Source of the DNA: Octopus sinensis
Lineage: Eukaryota
Assembly: GCF_006345805.1 (NCBI RefSeq)
Contig: NC_042997.1
Span: 44,516,001-44,580,000, forward strand
Length of the DNA stretch: 64,000 bases
Direction: 5' to 3'
The notes under the pieces were generated by a model. The model was not told the origin of the DNA and ran no database searches. It saw only the letters and a list, made by a program, of their open reading frames with translations. Positions within the stretch are counted from its first letter, which is position 1; each line of letters opens with the position of its first letter. Position numbers and translations under genes: made by a program. Shown here one piece after another: positions 11,668-25,179 of this stretch.

Positions 11668-13301
11668 AGTAATATGCTATTTCAATCTTAAGTTTCAGAA
11701 CCTACTATTTTCTCCTGCTACTAGTTTTGGTTGCTATTTATTTCTAACCTGTAATCTAAGACCGTACAATTATCATCATTGATTTTGACTGAAGGTAAAT
11801 GACCCAGTGGTAACAGGACTAGGTTAATAACATTGTGGTCAACCATAGTGTGTGGTGCTGCTTGCCTTGATCTATCTGCTTGAAACACAACAGGTTTCAC
11901 ACTTGCTGGCTGATGATTGATTAGTATCATAAGTTGCTCCACACTACAACAATGTGCAAGTGAGTAATTTTCATAAACTGTACCACTCAAGTTCATGGAA
12001 AAAATATATGTTTGAACGAGCTATTAATAGGTATGCAAACTGGGTCATTAACTCAACAGGAATTTTATCTTGTACTTCCTTGTGTTTGTTGCACATTCAA
12101 TGGAGTCTAAGAAATTAATTTGTGTTGGACTAGAATCTTACGTCAGCTTGTATAAAGAATTCAGTGAAACAATTTTTGGAAATCTTTAATTTTGTACATT
12201 TAAACTATGTGTTTACTAAAATTATCACTTCTGGTGTCAGATTGCCAAGTCTATTTTCTTGGCTCTATAAAATGGTGTGAATTATATGTTCCCACTTGAG
12301 GACAGTATTACTTCCTATTTGGCAATATAATATGGAAATTAGTGCATAAATATCATATTTCTTGTTAAAGGTGATTATTTTCCTTCCGAGTAAATGTTTC
12401 TGATGTATTGGGGATTTTACCTAGTGTACAGATTGCATATGGTCTATTTGTAATAGAGTAAATAGTTCTTTTAAAATATTGGTGTAATTTACAGCTAAGA
12501 GATATAAACATACTTTCTCTGAGAGTTAACATTGATTTTTAGAGTAGCAAATGATTTTCTGTTTACATAAAATTGACTTTATTTAATAAATAGTTATGAT
12601 TTAGTTCTTACTTTGGCAGCAAGGGTCCAAGATTTGCAGCATTAGTGGAAGATGACTTTTAACATGAAATCTTTTTGATGTGTATAGGATGCTGCAAAAT
12701 GAATTGCATTAGATTCCACTAGTCATGTTGATATGGGCAGTATAACCAGACTAGTTAGTTCATGTGTATCAAGTAAAATCTAGCTGAGAGCTGATAGGAG
12801 ATATTATTAGTGAAGCAGAGAGAAGCTATGAAATACATTAGATAAAATGATTAACTAGAATTCAAATATAAATGTTGTAAGATAAACATACCTGGAGATT
12901 ACCATTACCAAGAGGACACTGATTATGTATGAACTAATGTTTATATATTGAAGAAAGTGGGTAGTTAGTGAAAGAGAAAAGAATATTTGGTAGAATTGCT
13001 AGTATGCTGCAGAAAATATCTGCCAGTAATTAGTTATGTCCTTTTATGTTTTGAGTTCAAGTCCCTGTAGGTTTGACTTAGCCTTTTATTCGTCAGGGGT
13101 TAATAAAATAAGCTTCAATCAAGTACTAGTCAATTAAGTTGACTACACTCATTCTACAAATGCACTAAAGGTCACATATTAGAAATCATTATCTCCACTG
13201 GGTACTGTGTAAATACTCAAAGATAACAAAATGAAGTAGCCACTGCACTGTCACTCAACATACTTAGGAATGGCAGTCGAATCCTCTTAAATCAAACCAT
13301 A

Positions 13302-13702
13302 TCTTTATATATAAAAGAGAGGTTGTGTGCTGTCTGTCTCCTATGATTTAGATTCCTAACTACTCCCACATTTTGCGGTGCAGTTTAACCAAAAGCGGGT
13401 ATCTTATAGTAGTGATTCATATCGAGCCCTTCTGAGTATTAGCGCGCATCTACGATGAGTCTATGATTTTAAAAAAAAATTTACCATCAATTTTTCCCAT
13501 TTTTAATGCATTTTTGGCATATATAAGGGAAGTAACTCTCTAAAAATTTATTATTAAATCTCAGAACGTAAAAAGCTACAGTAACCCCCTCCCCACCTTT
13601 GTGGTTAGCCATATTGAGATGGCTATTATACTTTACATCTCTAATAATGCTTATATAGTTATTTCCCTTACAAACCCGAGCAACGACGGGCGATACTGCT
13701 AG
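13302..13702 (+). mobile_element. Non-autonomous Helitron (family B)
   Basis: A^TC start tctttatatataaaag, hairpin cccg...cggg, CTAG^T end; second copy at 51963-52350. Confidence 0.8.
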
Positions 13703-13984
13703 TTATCTTTAAAAATGGAAGTGCACTTTGGACAATTAAGTCCTAGATAAAAATAAAAAAAAAAAACAGAGGATGGTCAGGGATGGAATACATTTTTCAT
13801 AGTTCTCTTCTATTAGGTTTGACAAAAACAACAACAAAAGATCTAATTGTTTGCATGTTGTTTATAACAGATGTTTCTTTTATGATAAGCAAATCAGTCC
13901 ATCACTTCCATTGGTGTGGAATTTAAAACAAGCAAACTCAAGTGTTGATGTGTTTTTTTGTTGTTTCCTTCTAGTGAAAGTACA

Positions 13985-14280
13985 TGGCTTAGTGGTTAGG
14001 GTATTCAGTTTGCAGTTGTAAGGTCATGAGTTTGATTCTTGATGGCGCATTGCATCTTAAGCCAGACACTTTACTTCATGTTGTCCATTGAGTAGTACCT
14101 GTATTTCAAAAGGGTCAGCCTTGTCACATTCTGTGTCACGCTGAATCTCTCTGAGAACAATGTCAAGGCTATGCATCTCTATGGAGTGCTCAGTCTCTTA
14201 CATGTTAACTTCACAAGCAGGCTGTTATGTTGATCGGGTCAACTAGAACCCTTGTTATCATAGTGTTGGAGTGCCACTCC
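13985..14280 (+). mobile_element. Diverged OR2-like SINE
   Basis: tggcttagtggttaggg head; ctgtatttcaaaagggtcagccttgtcac...gtgctcag body shared with other copies. Confidence 0.6.
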
Positions 14281-14409
14281 AGTAAGGCAAAAATATAATT
14301 CCGGCACCTGTTGCTCTCTTGTGGAAGGTTAGAGAGAAAGAGAGTGTGTGTGTGTGTTTTTCATATTTTCCTAGGGCAATCCTTTCTCTTGAAACACAGT
14401 GAACTTTAA

Positions 14410-14629
14410 CCCTTTCGTTACCAACCCGGTTGAAACCGGCTCTGGCTTTGAGTACAAATGTTTTGTTTCCATAAGTTTTGAATTAAAATCTTCCTCCAAA
14501 CCTTAATCACAATTTAGGTTCCTAACACTAGCTGAATGATAACTAAGTTATTTTACTAAATTCTTTGTTATATTTAAAGTAATTGAAAAAAACACAGAGC
14601 ATCTGAAAATAAATCCAGTAACGAAAGGG
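14410..14629. mobile_element. piggyBac-like MITE
   Basis: TTAA on both sides (14406-14409, 14630-14633); TIR ccctttcgttac / gtaacgaaaggg. Confidence 0.8.
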
Positions 14630-15345
14630 TTAAGGACAGTCTCAAAGGGTTCTGTTAGCATTCTCTGGCAGCTTTTCTGGTGGTAATTATCAATAATGTT
14701 GACAGTCAATTATACTGATTGGAGCTTACCTTGCTCTCATAGCATGAAGTCATAAACACTGTGTGTGTACCTGTGTTGTATTAAGATTTACTTATTCCAA
14801 CCAGATGCTGTGGCATGATGGTGCAATGTCGTATGGGGTAGGGATGTAGTCTAGATATTTATACTTGTAGCAGGTCATAATGCATGAAATGATTATTTAC
14901 AGATATCTTAATGTAATCAATACAAAGGTTCCTCTTACCATACAGTGCTCCATTTAAGTTTTATGGCATATGGCAATTACCTACAAGGATAGGATGTCAG
15001 CCTATTAAAGCTAGTATTCTTGGAAGATATGGTCTCTATTCCAAACAGCCAAGTGGGCTGATATATGCAGAATTAAATACGCTACTTAGGTCCAAAATAT
15101 AATGATTCAGCCTCAGGAGATGATAGCCTAATCAACTTGATCATGTGCTAGTTACATCAAAGAAATTCTTCGGGTTAGAAGTAATAGACAGTATACTGTC
15201 ATGTACAGTGATATCCAGTTTATTGCATGCAATATGGCAAAATATATGTTAGACTCATAATTGTGATGAAGATGATTGTTGTGTGTTTAGTCGCATGTTG
15301 GTTCTGATGGAGCAGAACCACAATTAAAAACATTCAAGTGATCTC

Positions 15346-15483
15346 TATTCTTTTACTTGTTTCAGTCATTTGACTGCAGCCATGCTGGAGCACCACCTTT
15401 AGTTGAACAAATCGACCCCAGGACTTGTTCTTTGTAAGCCTAGTACTTATTCTATCAGTCTCCTTTGCTGAACTGCTAAGTTA
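15346..15483 (-). mobile_element. 5'-truncated OK-like SINE (3' part)
   Basis: cttttacttgtttcagtcatttgactgcagccatgctggagcacc matches the SINE tail. Confidence 0.8.
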
Positions 15484-16561
15484 CCATCTATTTTATTCAA
15501 TAATCGTTTACTTTCGAAGACTTAGCCATTTGTACATCTCAAGGCTATAGGATGTGGCTTGCAGGAATTTTGACTGTTATTTCTACAGGTTGAGTGACCA
15601 CATAGATATTCACTAGCTGGCTTGAACTGACGACAGTGATATTTAAGATACTTTGTAGAATTATATATATCTATATATATTTGAACATTTTTCAGGTAAA
15701 TAATTTATCCTTAAGCCTGATAATTTTCTATTTTCCCAATGAGTTTAGAAGAAATTTACTCTTTCTTGCTAGTTTACATACAGAAGCAGTGCTATAAATA
15801 AAATAATTGCATTGTATTACCTATTATATCCCTCTCCTACACAACTGACTTTTATCAGAATTGGGCCGAAATTTACACGCTCCACTATTTTTCGTTCACT
15901 AATAATTTGCAGTTTTGAATATTTTGGAATTACTTCTTTAGTGATGGTAATGATGGCATTCTGCCAACTTTTATTGACTAGTATATATTTTATTATTTTA
16001 TTCACTAATTTATTGACTTATATATATATCTTCATACTATTTCTGAGTTCTGTATTTCATATTTTTTTGCCAGCAATACTTGATCAATACCTTGAATTTT
16101 TTTTTTTGTACCTGAATCCAGTCTAGTTTTTCATCTCATGTTTCCATTCTAATAATGTAGGCTTATTCCATCTTCTGTAAGTTTTAATTTCTTTCAAGAA
16201 TTTTTATGTACTTTTCTGTTAATTTTTTTGTTTTGTTTCAAGAATGTGGAGTTTGGTGTCAAGTATTACTTTGAGGATCGTCAAAATGTTAATATTGGGC
16301 ATTTTTATGATTGGATCAAAAGTGGTGAGCTGGCAGAATCATTTATGCATTGGACAGAAATGCTTAGCAACTCTGGCTGAGTTCAGATTTCATAGAGGTT
16401 GACTTTGCTTTCGTCCTTTCTGGGTCAGTGAAATATGTATCAATTGAGCATTGGGGGTCAATGTAATTGACTAAAATTGCTGGCTTTGTGTCAAACAAAT
16501 TGTGACCCATTTGTGACTCAAATGTTAATTGCAAGATATGTAGTTATTCAATCAAATGTGA

Positions 16562-16954
16562 GGTGCAGGAGTGGTTATGTGGTAAGTAGCTTGCTAACCA
16601 ACCACATGGTTCCGGGTTCAGTCCCACTGCGTGGCATCTTGGGCAAGTGTCTTCTGCTATAGCCTCGGGCCGACCAATGCCTTGTGAGTGGATTTGGTAG
16701 ACGGAAACTGAAAGAAGCCTGTCGTATATATGTATATATATATGTGTGTATGTTTGTGTGTCTGTGTTTGTCCCCCTAGCATTGCTTGACAACCGATGCT
16801 GGTGTGTTTATGTCCCCGTCACTTAGCGGTTTGGCAAAAGAGACCGATAGAATAAGTACTGGGCTTACAAAGAATAAGTTCCGGGGTTGATTTACTCGAC
16901 TAAAGGTGGTGCTCCAGCATGGCCGCAGTCAAATGACTGAAACAAGTAAAAGAG
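16562..16954 (+). mobile_element. OK-like SINE
   Basis: Matches 8376-8787. Confidence 0.9.
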
Positions 16955-18083
16955 AGAGAGAGAGTTGGATTAGTTTCAAGATGTTTACAGCCTGATATTG
17001 AGTGTTTCTAGCTCATATATGATCTTTGTATGATTTGATGGGTTTATATGAATTCCAGTTTTATAAACAATAATGAGTCAAAAACCAGTGGAATTGCTGA
17101 GAGGGGAAAAAACAATTTTGACGTTCGCTATTTATTTATTTAGAATAATGTTCTCTCTGAATTTGATGCGAGCATAATTTGAAATAACCTATCATTAAAG
17201 AGGGAAAACTGGTTTAGAATAGCCTCGTGGGAGTTTTTTCCTTGTTTTCATTGTCTATATTGTTAATTCACACAGGGATTACTTCTTTAGGAATATTACA
17301 CACATTTGCAAATACATTTGGATAACATAGTGGGATGTTTATGTGTTTCTCAAGGCCATTGGCAGGTATTAGTGGTTTGAACCCAATCTCAATTGGAAAT
17401 CAAAGTAGAATCACTGGAAGTTTACCTTTTTTTCCATAACATTTACCATTCTCTAATTCATATAATGAAAGACAATAGAAGAATTTCATTTCATAGTGAT
17501 ATAACTATTTATGAAATCTAATGAGACATTAAGTCCAAGAGGAAATTTTGCCATGAGATTTCACTTCATTCATCTGTGAACCATTTTGTTAATGAAGCAT
17601 GACTGAAGTGTTGATTGTGTGTTTTCTATTATATATATATACATATATATAATTGTGTATAGGCCTTCTGTTTAGTTGTTTTCAGTGTGGTTCTGCCTGC
17701 ATCTAGCTTATTTACTATGCATTCATTCATTCTCTTTTGCCAGTGAGATTCCATCAAACATCACAAATATTTATATTTTCTTCTTTTAGTTCTTTGTTGT
17801 TGTGACAACACAATATAATAATGTACTTAGCCGAGAGATTTACATTTATTACTGTTATGTTAATTAGTATCATCCTAGCAAGAACAGATAAAAATAAAGT
17901 CTTTTATTGCAATGGCATCTACGCATACACTGGCTATTGTTACAAGCAAACAGTGAAGACAAAAGCCAAAAATCAAAAATCAAAAGTAAATTTCAAAAAG
18001 AAAATGATATATTTTACAGGACAAAAACTACTTCATTTCAATTTCACTTTTACTTGTCATTTTCTAATACTGGCTTCCCCCTT

Positions 18084-18130
<47 letters not shown>

Positions 18131-19664
18131 ATACATTTATATGCTGCTGGTAAATTACCTTCAGTCTAACATCCAAATCAAATTTCAGCTCATTCATAGT
18201 GCTCCCCCCATCTTTTTCTCTTTCTAATACTCTCTCTCTCTCTCTCTCTGTCTCTGCTTGTGGTTTTTGTTTGTTTTTCCAGTGAATTGTTTATTGATCT
18301 TCTGTAACACAGCAACTCTCTGCATTTCTTTGATAATCCCACTGTTAGCTACACTAACTTAATTTCATTCCCTTGTTTCATGTCACTTGCTGTCTTTCCA
18401 CATCTCTCTCTCTCTCTGTCTCTCTCTCTCTGTCTCTCTCTCTCTGTCTGTCTCTCTCTCTGTCTCTCTTGTCGCTCTTTATTTTGCTTTGTCTCATGAA
18501 TGAATTAGTGTTGTGCAGTTTGAAAAGGTTGCAGGGGATAATGTACTGTAAGCTTTGTTGTGGAAACAGATTCTAAAGGATTTTGTGTTTTATCACAAAC
18601 TCTAAAGGTTAAATAATGATGACACCTCCAAGCATGGCTTCTCAGTAATTAGTGTAAGATGGGATCCTGAGTACCTCACCATTAGGACCTTTGAGGCTTT
18701 TTATTTTCTGTGCAAAATTTTGTCAACGTTTTTCCATTTACAATAGAAGAGTGAGTTAAAAACACAGGAAGTATTTGCTGCACCCAAAAAATTTTTTTAA
18801 ATTTAAAAAAAATGTTTATAGAGTTTCATATGTCCAAATAGTTATCTGAATTGCAACTCTCAGTCTCTTGGCAGTGACTCACGAGAGGTAAGTATTCTGT
18901 GCATATACCTGTTGAATATTTTTCAATTGTAATACTACCTGCAGGTCCTCCAGTGGTAAACAGTCTAAAAATTGTAGTTGTTCCAACCGGTTTGTTTCAG
19001 TTTCATCATGGTGTTGTTGATATTTTTGGAGCTCAGCATTATTTTCCTTAACTGTGTTCTAAGTTTATCATCATTTTCATGTAATGTCCACTTGTCTATG
19101 CTTGCATGGGTCAGATGGAATTTGTTGAAACAGATTTTCTATGGCTGAGTGCCCTCTCTATCACCAGCCCTTACCTGTTTCCAAATAAGGAAATATTTTC
19201 CCCATCATTAGGCATGTTCTTCATGGAAGACTGGAAACAAATAACCTTATTTTTATGATGGTGATGCTCATTTACAACCATCATATGATAGCTAGACCAG
19301 GGTTTGACAGGCTAAGTTCAGATCTACACGTGTTGTTTTGTTTGACCTGGACCTATAGCAGAAGATGCCCAGTGTGCTGCCCTTTGAGGCTGAACTCAAA
19401 TTTGTCAACCTCACAGCCATGCTGCCTGCAACTCTGAGTTGCAATTACAGAGTCAACAAGGGGCCAGTTATATATTTAGTTTGTAGCATTGCAATTTGGT
19501 TCACTTGGACCCTCTGAGGTAAATTTTTGACTAATGATGAGGGCTTTCAGTTTAGTTTTAATGTGAAAATGATACCAAATTAATTGATTTTTTAAATGTT
19601 CTTACATTTCCATTGTAGTTGACATACTTCAGTGGTGTCTTTCTTTGTTTTACATCATGACTTT

Positions 19665-20015
19665 CATCATCATCATCGTTTAACGTCCGTTCTCCATGCT
19701 AGCATGGGTTGGACGGTTCGACTGGGGATCTGGGAAGCCAGAAGGCTGCACCAGGCTCCACTCTTATCTGGCAATGTTTCTACAGCTGGATGCCCTTCCT
19801 AACGCCAACCACTCAGTGAGTGTAGTGGGTGCTTTTTACGTGCCACCTGCACAGGTGCCAGGCGAGGCTAGCAACGGCCACGGTCGGATTGGTGCATTTT
19901 ACGTGCCACCGGCACGGAAGCCAGTCGAGGTAGCACTGGCTTTGGCCACGATTTGGATGGTGCTTTTTACGTGCCACCGGCACAGAAGCCAGTCGAGGCG
20001 GCGCTGGCATCGGCC
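19665..20015 (-). mobile_element. RTE-type LINE 3' UTR fragment with three ~60-bp tandem units
   Basis: (CAT)n-cgtttaacgtccg start; repeats of gtgctttttacgtgccaccggcac. Confidence 0.75.
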
Positions 20016-20444
20016 ACTGTATGCATAAGCATGGCTGAGTGGTTGAGAAGCTCTCTTCCCAACCCTGTGGTCTTTGGCTCAGTCCTATTGTGTGACACCA
20101 TGGACAAGTGACTTCTACTATAGCCAAAAGCTTACCAAAGCCTTGTTGAGTGGATTTGGGCATGTCTCATATTGACATTGCATGATTGGTTAAACAAGCA
20201 TCGTTTGTTTCCAATCTTCTGCAAAAAAATGACCCAGGAGAAATATTACCTTGCTTGGAATGAAGTGAAAGTTCATGAAATGAAGAGCATCCACCCTAGG
20301 AAATCTGCCTCAGTGAATTCCGTCTGGAATTGAGGCTTGTATGGAAAAGGGGATAATATTAAAATGATGATAATGACTTAACATTTCCCTTGTTTGACCC
20401 CTTAGTATTCAGATTATTCTGTCAAATGTAATACTTATTAATTC

Positions 20445-21395
20445 ATCATCATCATCATCGTTTAATGTCCACTTTCCATGCTGGCATGGGTTGGATGATT
20501 TGACTGAAGACTGGCGAGCCAGATGGCTGCACCAGGCTCCAGTCTGATCTGGCAGAGTTTCTATAGCTGGATGCCCTTCCTAACGCCAACCACTCCGAGA
20601 GCGTAATGGGTGCTTTTACGTGCCACTGGCATCAGGGCCAGTCAGGTGGTACTTGCAATGGCCACGCACAAGTGGTGTTTTTTATGTGCCACCTGCACAG
20701 GAGCCAGTCCAGTGGCACTGGCAACAACCTCGCTCGAATGTTGCTTTTCACGTGCCAATGAGGCGATGCTGGTAATGATCACGCTTGAATGGTGATTTTT
20801 ACATGCCACCGGCACGGGAGCTAGTCAGCAGCCCTGGCATCGATCACACTCAGATGATGCTCTTAACGTTCTTCTAGCATGGATGCCAGTCAGGTGGTGC
20901 TGTCATTGGCCATGTCAGCGAATTTGTTTTCAATTTCACTTGCTTCAACAGGTCTTTGCAAGCAGAGTTTAGTGTCCAATGAAGGAAAGGTAAGCATAAG
21001 TGGGCTGGTTACACCACTGGCATAGACCATGGGTTATGGGTCTTACTTGGCTTCCCGGGTCTTCTCAAGCACAGCATATTTCCAAAGGTCTCGGTCACTA
21101 GTCATTGCCTTGGTGAGGCCCAATGTTCAAAGGTTGTGCTTCACCACCTCATCCCAGGTTTTCCTGGGTCTACCTCTTCCACGGGTTCCCTCAATTGCTA
21201 GGGTGTAACACTTTTTCACACAGCTATCCTCATCCATTCTCACCACATGACCATACCAGTGCAGTCATCTCTCTTGCACACCACATCTGATGCTTCTTAA
21301 ATCCAACTTTTCTCTCAGGGCGCTTACACTCTGTCATGTATGCACACTGACATTACACATCCATTGGAGCATATTGGCTTCATTCCTTGCAAGCT
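20445..21395 (-). mobile_element. 5'-truncated RTE-clade LINE (RT C-terminus, tandem-repeat 3' UTR and (GAT)n tail)
   Basis: Minus translation LHWYGHVVRMDEDSCVKK...GRGRPRKTWDEVVK...DRDLWK resembles the typical RTE C-terminal LRW.GHV.R / GRPR.TW / R..W. Confidence 0.8.
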
Positions 21396-21926
21396 CATGC
21401 ATGTCCTCAGCAATCACAGCCCATGTTTCACTGCCATGTAGCTTGCATTTGGCAGAATTAATAAACAAACAACAGCCTTCAATCTGCATACACTACACCA
21501 TCATTTTTATGTGCTGTATGATCACAACCTTTCATAGAAGAGAGATTCTAAGTAGGGGTGGGGATGCCATTAATCCTTTAGAAGTGTCCATGGGAGACAA
21601 CTGAAGGATGTCAGAGGATAGGTACTTCAGGAACCGGTGGCGGGGGAGGTGGGGATGGGTGCACCGCGAAACAGCAATACCAGTGTTAGGAATAGCATAT
21701 TAATAGTAGATAGAATTTTAAAATCTTAGAATATTCAGTCAGCCAATCTGTGACAAAATTAGAGAAATGACTAATAGACGATGTGACAAAAGTAAATAGA
21801 TGAATGAATGAGTGACGATAGGGTGTTCATGTGAACTTAAAGTTTGTCTTTAAGATGGAAGATGTAAACTATTTTTACTGAACTAAGAGGGGATTATGAT
21901 CTGCGCTGAAATAGAGGTGATAGATG

Positions 21927-22315
21927 TACTCTGTTACTTGTTTCAGTCATTTGACTGCGGCCATGCTGGAGCACCGCCTTTAGTCGAGCAAATCGACCCC
22001 GGGGCTTATTCTTGGTAAGCCCAGTACTTATTCTATCGGTCTCTTTTGCCGAACCGCTAAGTGACGGGGACGTAAACACACCAGCATCGGTTGTCAAGCA
22101 ATGCTAGGGGGACAAACACACACACATACACACATATATATATACATATATACGACAGGCTTCTTTCAGTTTCCGTCTACCAAATCCACTCACAAGGCAT
22201 TGGTTGGCCCGGGGCTATAGCAGAAGACACTTGCCCAAGATGCCACGCAGTGGGACTGAACCCGGAACCATGTGGCTGGTTAGCAAGCTACTTACCACAC
22301 AGCCACTCCTGCGCC
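21927..22315 (-). mobile_element. OK-like SINE
   Basis: Reverse complement of the family consensus. Confidence 0.9.
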
Positions 22316-23392
22316 TACTGAGTTGAAAAAGACAAGATTCCTTATCTGAACAACAGCTTCTGGATGGATTTCTATTCTTCTGGTGAGGTTATTGAAATGT
22401 AGTAGGAATCCGAGAGAGCAATTTTATACAGAGTGGGATGGTGGAGAAGGAGGTAAGTGATTGGAGAAGCAAGTGGTTATTGAAACAGAGAGAGAGAGAG
22501 AGAGAGAGAGAATGCCCGAATTAATCAAGCATTGTCTTATTGCTTTGAGATTTTGATGATGTGTTTGTTTGTTGTTAGAATGACATTAGAAGATAAGAGA
22601 AGCCAGATCTGGCCAGTTTTTACAAAAAACATGTAGAATCATTTTGGTTGGATGTGGCCTGTTTAAATGCTAAAGGGTTAAGCTCCAGTGCTAAGTTTTC
22701 TGTCAGTCGGTCAGCAAAGATCTCGCTTTTGTCTTGATTACTCTTCAAGGCTAAAACATAGGTGAATAGATTACATCTGGAACTTACATAACATAGTCAT
22801 TTATGTGTAAAAAGAAGAACTAAAATTCCTTAGGGAACTCTAGAGTCTATGGAATAATAAGTCACTAATGACAACTCTTCTGTTGGACAGACATTCCTCA
22901 GTCTGTTCTAAGATTTCCTTCCATTTTTGATGGCTTTTTCAATGGTTGATTTCATAGAATACTTTTGAATAATGTAAGAATGTGTTATATATTTGTACTC
23001 TTTAATTTAGCACTTGTGCAATGTATCTGTAAAAGATATGAGCTTCATTGACAATCTTCTTCAATATCACTATGAATTATGCATTCCATAGAATTTTTCA
23101 AATGATGATTTGGATCATTGCAATCATTTATAATTGCACATTATTCCTATCATTTACAGTAGAAATGAAGAATGTAATTTAGCTTAAGAAATGGTTTTGC
23201 CTTCAATATTTGGCTAAGTGATAAAATGAAAGAAACTGTAATATGAAACAATTAGATAAATATCTGTTGTTGGTTGTTGTCATTATCCTGTCTCCTCTCA
23301 ATGGCTATGAAAATAGGTATTGTGGAGAGAATAACAAAGGAGCCATTTCCAAAGTTTAGTAATATCTGCAGGAATTAGCTCTTCTTTTGTAG

Positions 23393-23427
23393 ACTTGATA
23401 TCTTATCTGCAGTGTGTGTGTGAGAAA
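23393..23427 (+). CDS. Candidate micro-exon (DLISYLQCVCEK)
   Basis: ctcttcttttgtag acceptor, gtaagg donor, single open frame; could be chance. Confidence 0.2.
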
Positions 23428-23582
23428 GTAAGGTGTGTTGGTAGAAATTATAGTGTGCTTAATAGAGTACTTTCACAATATTTAGCTTTGTCTCACTCAT
23501 TTTTCCAGTTGATTCTTTATTACTTAGTCAAAGATATAATTTAAGGTTATATAAGGGAGTTGAGATGGCTCATGGCGAACTA

Positions 23583-23790
23583 TGAAGGGCTGCTGAAAAG
23601 TTCCTGGCTTTGAGTAAAAGCAAATACATGAGGATCAGTTCTGATTTTATTCAACATATTCCCAGATTCACACACTTATTGCAGCAGTCCTTCAATTCTT
23701 CTAAGCTCTGTAAAAGAACCCAGAAGGTTGGGCCTCCAACCATGCCTTTCATGATACCCTTAAAGCTAGAAACCTTTCAGCATCCTCTCA
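23583..23790. mobile_element. Mariner-like MITE / deletion derivative
   Basis: TA followed by tgaagggctgctgaaaagttcctggcttt; imperfect inverse aaagctagaaacctttcagcatcctctca at the right end. Confidence 0.5.
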
Positions 23791-23907
23791 GATATTTTAC
23801 AGCATTTGGTCTCATTCTGTATAATTCTCTGTTCAAACCCCACCAGGGTTGAGGATGCTTTTCGTTACTCCAATGCAGCTGTAAAGATACTATATACCAA
23901 TAATATA

Positions 23908-24306
23908 TATTTCTTTACTACCCACAAGGGGCTAAACACAGAAGGGACTAACAAGGACAGACAAAGGTATTAAGTCGATTATATCGATCCCAGTGCGTAA
24001 CTGGTACTTAATTTATCGACCCCGAAAGGATGAAAGGCAAAGTCAACCTCGGCGGAATTTGAACCCAGAAATACCTATTTCTTTATTACCCACAAGGGGA
24101 TAAACACAGAGGGGACAAACGAGGACAGACAAAGGTATTAAGTCGATTATATCTACCCCAGTGCGTAACTGGTACTTAATTTATCGACCCCGAAAGGATG
24201 AAAGGCAAAGTCGACCTCGGCGGAATTTGAACCCATAACGTAACAGCAGATGAAATACTGCTATGCATTTCGCCCGGCGTGCTAATGTTTCTGCCAGCTC
24301 GCCGCC
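23908..24306 (-). mobile_element. Tandem OR1-like SINE pair (headless copy 23908-24068 plus full copy 24076-24306)
   Basis: About 150-bp direct repeat tatttcttta...gaatttgaaccca; the right copy continues into the head ...ctgccagctcgccgcc. Confidence 0.85.
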
Positions 24307-24952
24307 TATATACCGATAATATACTGGAATCATTTTAATTGATAGTGTCTTCTCCCAAGCAACATTATATAGAAATCTTTGATAGGCCTTACTGAGAGAG
24401 TGACCAAAGGACTGCTAATAAGAGTGATCAAGAGATCACTGAGAGTGGTGACTAAGCAGTGTCTGAAGTGAGTGACCAATAAATAAAATCTTATAAAAGT
24501 GTTAGATGTAAAACTAAATACCATCTATTTACAAGCTATTTAGTGTGTGTGTGTGTGCACTAATAAATTGTAATGCTTCTTCTTGGACCATGTATATTAA
24601 TGGTAGGGATAAAATCTTTCCTACAAAAATATTGAGCCTCCAGCAAGGGCCATAAATAACCAATTCATAACTATAATAGCATTAAGTATATAGTGCTAAA
24701 TCTCTGGATTGCGTGCTAGTCTGTGTGGAATAACATTACCAGAAGATCTGCTTCCTGTTCTTGAAGGGTAATTAGACACAATTAAGTAAACTGCTTGATG
24801 ACACAATGAAAGGTAAAAAAGTTCATACAGCAATAAATTTTATACTGTGGGGAAGAAGAGAAGTTTAACATTTCAAGCAGAAGTCTTTGTTGGATGTACT
24901 AGAAACTGGGAGTTGTGAGAGTCAATAAAAGCCACTTTTCTACTACTCCCAG

Positions 24953-24996
24953 TTTATTATTCCAGAAGCACTTTTTTCTGTCAAAGAGTTCTGCCA
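24953..24996 (+). CDS. Candidate micro-exon
   Basis: cacttttctactactcccag acceptor, gtaaga donor; all three frames are open, so the frame is unresolved. Confidence 0.2.
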
Positions 24997-25179
24997 GTAA
25001 GAATTTAGAAACCCTGAAAGAACTCGAAATAACTTTTGGAATGGCTTAACTTGAAGCAGATAAAGCCATAAATAATAGCATGTAAATACTGGGTTAAAAA
25101 ACCCTTGATTAAACAAAGTTGAAGGCTGCTTGTAGGACATGAACCCACATCATCATTGTCTGAACTCATTGTATTACTA

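Noticed and set aside
18860-18995. Cluster of possible micro-exons (SLGSDSRE; SSSGKQSKNCSCSNR)
   Set aside because: Needs an implausibly short intron of about 53 nt, and the frame is ambiguous.
19830-20015. CRISPR-like appearance of the tandem units
   Set aside because: Eukaryotic context, units contiguous without unique spacers, no cas genes; part of an RTE 3' UTR.
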